Shown one piece after another: positions 59,063 through 64,000 of a DNA stretch of 64,000 nucleotides. Every line of letters starts with the position of its first letter. The stretch's first letter is position 1. A model generated the notes under the pieces. The model made no database searches. It was not told the origin of the DNA and worked only from the letters and a program-made list of their open reading frames with translations. The stretch spans positions 320,001 to 384,000 of the forward strand of contig CAXVYR010000002.1 of the NCBI GenBank assembly GCA_963666975.2, read 5' to 3'. The position numbers and the translations under genes are program-made. Source of the stretch: Terriglobia bacterium (GTDB lineage Bacteria > Acidobacteriota > Terriglobia > 2-12-FULL-54-10).

Positions 59063-62000
59063 GGGCGCCTTCCATTACAGCTTCCTCCCATGGCACGCCC
59101 ATCTCATGGGATTTTTTCATGGCAAGCATGGCCCGTTTGTAATCTCGCGGCATGACCTTCACAAACCGAGGCTGTGTCTCCTCCCAATGGAGCAGCACTT
59201 GCTCGCCCACCGCGCTCTGCGTGTAGCGGATGTGCCGCGTGATGAGGTCTTTTACTTCCTCGATGTCTTCGGCCTCGGCCAGTGGCTCCAGGTCCACCAT
59301 TCCCAAATTGCAGTGGTTCGGGAAATCCCCCGCCTCGTCCAGCACATAGGCGACGCCGCCCGACATGCCGGCGGCGAAATTCCTTCCCGTCTTCCCCAGG
59401 ACAACGACTTTCCCTCCCGTCATGTACTCGCAGCCGTGGTCGCCGACGCCTTCCACCACAGTGCCGGCCCCGCTGTTGCGGACGGCGAACCGCTCGCCGG
59501 CCACGCCCCGGAAGTAGGCTTCCCCGCTGGTGGCTCCGTAGAGCACCACGTTGCCGATGAGGATGTTCTGCTCGGGCACGAAGGTAGCCTGCCGCGGCGG
59601 GAACACGACGATCTTGCCCCCGGAGAGTCCCTTGCCGAGATAGTCGTTGGAATCCCCCTCCAGCGTGAGCGTAATCCCCTTGGGAATAAAAGCGCCGAAG
59701 CTCTGCCCCGCCGAGCCGGTGAAGTAGAGTTGGATGGTATCCTCGGGAAGACCCTCGGCTCCGTGCCGCTTCGTTAGCTCGTAGCCCAGTATTGTGCCGA
59801 CCGTGCGGTTCACATTCCGGATCGGGAGGCTGTGTTCCACGGGGACCTTGCCTTCCAGAGCTTCCCGGCACAACGGCACGAGCGTGGTTCTGTCGAGCGA
59901 GCGCTCCAGGCCATGGTCCTGCTCGCGCACTTTGTGGATCGCCACTTCCGGGCCCATCTCGGGCCGGTAAAGAATATTCGAAAAGTCCAGTCCGCACGCC
60001 TTCCAGTGATCCACCGCTTTCCGGGCATCGAGCCGGTCGGAGCGCCCGATCATGTCGTCCATGGCGCGGAAGCCGAGCTTCGCCATATACTCCCGCACCT
60101 CTTCGGCCAGGAAGCGGAAGAATACCTCGACGAACTCGGGCTTTCCGGCAAACTCTTTCCTCAGTTCCGGGTCCTGCGTGGCGATCCCGACCGGGCAAGT
60201 GTTCAGGTGGCATACGCGCATCATGATGCATCCCACCACCACCAGCGGCGCGGTCGAGAAACCGTACTCCTCGGCCCCCAGCAGCGCGGCGATGACCACA
60301 TCCCGCCCGGTTTTCATCTGCCCGTCGGTTTGGACCACGATCCTGTCGCGCAGTTTGTTGAGAACCAGGACCTGCTGCGTCTCGGCGAGGCCGAGCTCCC
60401 ACGGCACCCCGCCGTGTTTGATGCTGGTGAGGGGCGAGGCTCCGGTTCCTCCGTCGAATCCGGAGATCAACACCACGTCGGAATGGGCCTTCGCAACCCC
60501 GGCAGCGACGGTTCCCACGCCGATCTCGGCCACCAGCTTCACGTGAATGCGAGCCTTCGGGTTGGCGTTCTTGAGATCGTGGATCAACTGCGCCAAGTCC
60601 TCAATCGAATAGATATCGTGGTGAGGCGGCGGGGAGATCAGCCCGACGCCCGGAGTCGAGTAGCGAACCTTGGCGATCCATGGATAGACTTTTTGTCCCG
60701 GAAGCTGGCCGCCCTCGCCGGGCTTAGCTCCCTGCGCCATTTTGATCTGCAAGTCATCGGAGTTTACCAAGTATTCGCTGGTCACCCCGAATCGTCCGGA
60801 GGCCACTTGTTTGATGGAGCTGCGCCGGGAGTCGCCGTTCGGGTCCGGAATGTAGCGCGCCGGGTCCTCTCCCCCTTCGCCGGTGTTGGACTTCCCTCCC
60901 AGCCGGTTCATGGCAATCGCCAGCGTCTCATGAGCCTCCTGGCTGATGGAGCCGTAGGACATGGCTCCGGTCGCAAACCGCTTCAGGATCGACTCGGCCG
61001 ATTCCACCTCTTCGAGCGGAATCGGCTTCGGGGCCCATTTGAACTCGAACAGACCCCGCAAGGTAGCCATGTTCGTGCTCTGGTCGTCCACCAAGTTCGT
61101 ATATTCCTTGAATATCTTGTACTGGCCGGAGTGCGTGGCATGCTGGAGCTTGAAGACGGTATCCGGATTGAACAGGTGGTATTCCCCGTCTCTCCGCCAC
61201 TGGTATTCGCCGCCCCATTCGAGATCGGGCTGCCCCACAGGGCGTTCCGGGTAGGCTTTTTGGTGGCGCAGGAGCGCTTCTTTTGCAACCACATCGATTC
61301 CCACGCCTTCAATGCGCGAGGCGGTCCAGGTGAAATAGCGGTCCACGAATTTCTTGTTGAGCCCGATGGCCTCAAAGATCTGTGCTCCGCAGTAGGACTG
61401 GATTGTGGAGATGCCCATTTTGGAGAGGACCTTGAGGATTCCCTTGTTGAGGGCCTTAATGTAGTCGCGGACGGCTGCCTCGTGGTCCATCCCTGACAGA
61501 CTCCCCTGGCGCAGCATGTCGTCGAGGGTCTCAAAAGCCAGGTACGGGTTGACGGCGCTCGCCCCGTAACCGATCAGCAGCGCCACGTGATGCACTTCGC
61601 GGGCTTCGCCGGTCTCCACCAGCAAACCTGCTTTCGTCCGCGTTCCTTCCCGCACCAAGTGGTGGTGCACGCCGGAGGTTGCCAGCAGCGCCGGGATGGG
61701 AACCATGCGCGCGTCCACGCCACGGTCCGAGAGGATCAGGATGGTGGCGCCGCCGGTGACCGCCTCGCCGGCCTTTCGGCTCAGCTCTTCCATGGCGGCT
61801 GCCAGCCCCTCGGCCCCTTCCGTTACGGGAAACAGCGCGGGGAGCGTGACGCTTTTTAATCCCGGACGGTCCGCGTGGAGGATTTTGGCCAGCTCGTCGT
61901 TGTCGAGAACCGGCCCCGGAAGCTTGATCTGGCGGCAGCTCTCGGGCTCCGGTTTCAGAAGATTGCGCTCCGGCCCGGCAGGAATGGACAACTGGGTAAT

Positions 62001-63617
62001 CAATTCCTCGCGAATCTGATCCAGAGGCGGGTTGGTCACCTGCGCGAAGAGTTGCTTGAAGTAATCATAGAGCAGGCGCGGACGGTTGGAGAGAACAGCC
62101 AGGGCGGTGTCTGTGCCCATCGAGCCCACCGGTTCTTCCTTCCTCTCGGCCATGGGTCCGAGAAGGATTCGGAGGTCTTCGTGCGTGTAGCCAAAAGCCT
62201 GCTGCCGCTGGAGCACGGTGGCGTGGTCCGGCTCGGGCACGTGGGAAGCTTCGGGAAGATTTTCCAGAGCGACCAGGTGTTTGCGCAGCCACTCTCCGTA
62301 GGGATGCTCGGAGGCGAAACGATGTTTGATCTCCTCGTCGTCCACAATGCGTCCCTCGGCCGTATCCACCAGGAACATGCGTCCGGGGTGGAGGCGTTCC
62401 TTAAGCAGGATATTTTCCGGCGGAATGTCCAGGACCCCGACCTCGGATGCCATCACCACCAGCCCGTCCTTGGTCACCCAGTAGCGGGAGGGCCGGAGGC
62501 CGTTGCGGTCCAGCACCGCTCCGATGACCGTGCCGTCGGTGAAGGCGATGGAAGCAGGGCCATCCCACGGCTCCATCAAACAGCCGTGGTACTCGTAGAA
62601 CGCCTTCTTTTCCTCGCTCATGGATTCGTGTCCGCTCCACGGCTCGGGAATCATCATCATGACCGCATGGGGGAGCGGGCGTCCCGCCATCACTAAAAAC
62701 TCCAGAACGTTGTCGAAGGTGGCCGAGTCGCTGCCGCCCTCGAGCACAATCGGGAGAATTTTTTTCAGCTCGGGCAGCCGGTCGGAGGCGCAAAGCGCCT
62801 CGCGGGCGTGCATCCGGTTGATATTGCCTCGCAGGGTGTTGATCTCGCCGTTGTGGGCCAGATAGCGGTACGGGTGGGCCAGCGGCCAGGACGGGAACGT
62901 GTTGGTGGAAAAACGCTGGTGAACCAGCATCAGAGCCGAGGCGAAGTCGGGCTCCACGATGTCGGGAAACATGGGCTCCATCTGGTTGGCCGAGAGCATT
63001 CCCTTGTAGATCATCGTCCGCGCCGAGAGGCTGGGAAGGTAGAACAGCTCGCGCTGCGGAATCCCGGAGTTCCGTATGGCGTGCTCCACGCGCTTGCGGA
63101 TCACGTAGAGCTTCCGCTCGAAGCTCTCCAGGTCCGGGACCTGTTTCGAGCGGCCGATAAAAACCTGCCGGATATGCGGTTCAGAGGCGCGGGCCGAAGG
63201 ACCGATGGGCGAATCGTCGGTCGGCACGTCCCGCCAGCCGAGCAGCGTCTGCCCCTCCTCGCCGATGATTTGCTCGAAAGTCTCCTGGCAGCGGGCGCGC
63301 TCTCCGGAGTCCTGGGGAAGAAAGACCAGTCCGGCGCCGTATTCCCCCTCGTTAGGAAGCGCAATGCCGGCCGTGCCGGTGACCCGCTTCAGGAAGACGT
63401 GGGGTATCTGAAGAAGAATTCCCGCGCCATCGCCGGTGTTGACCTCGCAGCCGCACGCGCCGCGATGCATCAGGTTTTTGAGCACCGTCAGCGCCTGCTC
63501 CACCAGCGCGTGCGACTTGCGCCCTTGAATGTCCACCACAAAGCCCACCCCGCAGGCATCGTGCTCGTGCCGGGGGTCATACAGCCCTTGTGCCGGTGGA
63601 AGCCCCAACCGGTTCAT
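59055..63617 (-). CDS. gltB: Glutamate synthase large subunit
   Basis: [64 protein letters not shown]. Confidence 0.98.
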   Translation of the reverse strand: MNRLGLPPAQGLYDPRHEHDACGVGFVVDIQGRKSHALVEQALTVLKNLMHRGACGCEVNTGDGAGILLQIPHVFLKRVTGTAGIALPNEGEYGAGLVFLPQDSGERARCQETFEQIIGEEGQTLLGWRDVPTDDSPIGPSARASEPHIRQVFIGRSKQVPDLESFERKLYVIRKRVEHAIRNSGIPQRELFYLPSLSARTMIYKGMLSANQMEPMFPDIVEPDFASALMLVHQRFSTNTFPSWPLAHPYRYLAHNGEINTLRGNINRMHAREALCASDRLPELKKILPIVLEGGSDSATFDNVLEFLVMAGRPLPHAVMMMIPEPWSGHESMSEEKKAFYEYHGCLMEPWDGPASIAFTDGTVIGAVLDRNGLRPSRYWVTKDGLVVMASEVGVLDIPPENILLKERLHPGRMFLVDTAEGRIVDDEEIKHRFASEHPYGEWLRKHLVALENLPEASHVPEPDHATVLQRQQAFGYTHEDLRILLGPMAERKEEPVGSMGTDTALAVLSNRPRLLYDYFKQLFAQVTNPPLDQIREELITQLSIPAGPERNLLKPEPESCRQIKLPGPVLDNDELAKILHADRPGLKSVTLPALFPVTEGAEGLAAAMEELSRKAGEAVTGGATILILSDRGVDARMVPIPALLATSGVHHHLVREGTRTKAGLLVETGEAREVHHVALLIGYGASAVNPYLAFETLDDMLRQGSLSGMDHEAAVRDYIKALNKGILKVLSKMGISTIQSYCGAQIFEAIGLNKKFVDRYFTWTASRIEGVGIDVVAKEALLRHQKAYPERPVGQPDLEWGGEYQWRRDGEYHLFNPDTVFKLQHATHSGQYKIFKEYTNLVDDQSTNMATLRGLFEFKWAPKPIPLEEVESAESILKRFATGAMSYGSISQEAHETLAIAMNRLGGKSNTGEGGEDPARYIPDPNGDSRRSSIKQVASGRFGVTSEYLVNSDDLQIKMAQGAKPGEGGQLPGQKVYPWIAKVRYSTPGVGLISPPPHHDIYSIEDLAQLIHDLKNANPKARIHVKLVAEIGVGTVAAGVAKAHSDVVLISGFDGGTGASPLTSIKHGGVPWELGLAETQQVLVLNKLRDRIVVQTDGQMKTGRDVVIAALLGAEEYGFSTAPLVVVGCIMMRVCHLNTCPVGIATQDPELRKEFAGKPEFVEVFFRFLAEEVREYMAKLGFRAMDDMIGRSDRLDARKAVDHWKACGLDFSNILYRPEMGPEVAIHKVREQDHGLERSLDRTTLVPLCREALEGKVPVEHSLPIRNVNRTVGTILGYELTKRHGAEGLPEDTIQLYFTGSAGQSFGAFIPKGITLTLEGDSNDYLGKGLSGGKIVVFPPRQATFVPEQNILIGNVVLYGATSGEAYFRGVAGERFAVRNSGAGTVVEGVGDHGCEYMTGGKVVVLGKTGRNFAAGMSGGVAYVLDEAGDFPNHCNLGMVDLEPLAEAEDIEEVKDLITRHIRYTQSAVGEQVLLHWEETQPRFVKVMPRDYKRAMLAMKKSHEMGVPWEEAVMEGAHG

Positions 63618-63775
63618 CGTTCGTCCTCCGTCCTCCGTCCTCCGTCTTTCTGTTGCTGTTACCTGTGCGATGCCATCAAACGCGGCTTGCGTTCTCCGCA
63701 CGGCACAAACTGCGCAATCGGGTTAGGGTACACGAAGTTAACCCATAACCCAAGGCGAAAATGAAAATTCTTTAC

Positions 63776-63790
63776 ATTAGTTTTACTTAT
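63776..63790. promoter_or_regulatory. Candidate LysR box in the gltB/LysR divergent promoter
   Basis: ATTAG-TTTTA-CTTAT near-palindrome containing T-N11-A. Confidence 0.4.
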
Positions 63791-63818
63791 ATTATAAACC
63801 GTGCTATAAAAGAGTGCC

Positions 63819-64000
63819 ATGAATCTGGAAACCCTTCACTTGTACTGCGAAATCGTCCGCGTGCACAGCTTCTCGCGGGGAGCGGCGGACAATGGGGTTT
63901 CGCAGTCGGCAGCCAGCCAGGCCGTCCAGCAACTGGAAAGCGAATTGCGCGTGCAGTTGCTGGACCGCAGCAAGCGCCCTTTTGCCCTGACCCTGGAAGG
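63819..64000 (+). CDS. LysR-family regulator, partial, divergent from gltBD
   Basis: MNLETLHLYCEIVRVHSFSRGAADNGVSQSAASQAVQQLESELRVQLLDRSKRPFALT. Confidence 0.9.
   Translation, partial: MNLETLHLYCEIVRVHSFSRGAADNGVSQSAASQAVQQLESELRVQLLDRSKRPFALTLE

Noticed and set aside
59104-63764. Long overlapping or antisense ORFs here and at 212-1012, 2708-3982, 44215-45756 and 46957-48558
   Set aside because: Shadow frames of GC-rich genes with no recognisable motifs

Overview
GC-rich bacterial DNA, most likely from an Acidobacteriota genome (Oar-like TonB-dependent receptors, DUF1592/DUF1552/ankyrin triad, acidobacterial-type IS and REP-like repeats). From left to right: an exported hydrolase/TonB-receptor locus; prpE; a DUF1592-DUF1552-ankyrin operon; a decayed island at tRNA-Asn whose tyrosine integrase is split in two, with the halves on opposite strands; a sigma-54 activator; a benzoyl-CoA reductase subunit D-like ATPase followed by a Had-like dehydrogenase; hicBA; argS; a peptidoglycan-recycling cluster (murQ, nagA, murA, namZ, serine hydrolase); an aromatic (de)carboxylation cluster (DASS transporter, amidohydrolase_2, two UbiD enzymes, a phenylphosphate-carboxylase gamma-like subunit, acyl-CoA dehydrogenase, ADP-forming CoA ligase); REC-HDOD and cNMP proteins; a second hicBA bounded by a duplicated gltD 3' end; gltBD and a divergent LysR gene. 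Highlights: (1) two ORFs at 40150-41148 are really one membrane-anchored, iodothyronine-deiodinase-like selenoprotein (FGSVT-UGA-PPF with a SECIS-like hairpin); (2) a PpcA/AbcA-like plus PpcD/AbcD-like carboxylase pair with a CoA ligase; (3) the split, inverted integrase, whose halves rejoin exactly at a CTAG; (4) modular MITEs in which different IS-type ends carry interchangeable, nested REP hairpins. Several imperfect tandem duplications and IS-end junctions suggest local assembly errors, so claims about rearrangements need read-level checks. Family assignments come from motif recognition by eye, not from database searches.
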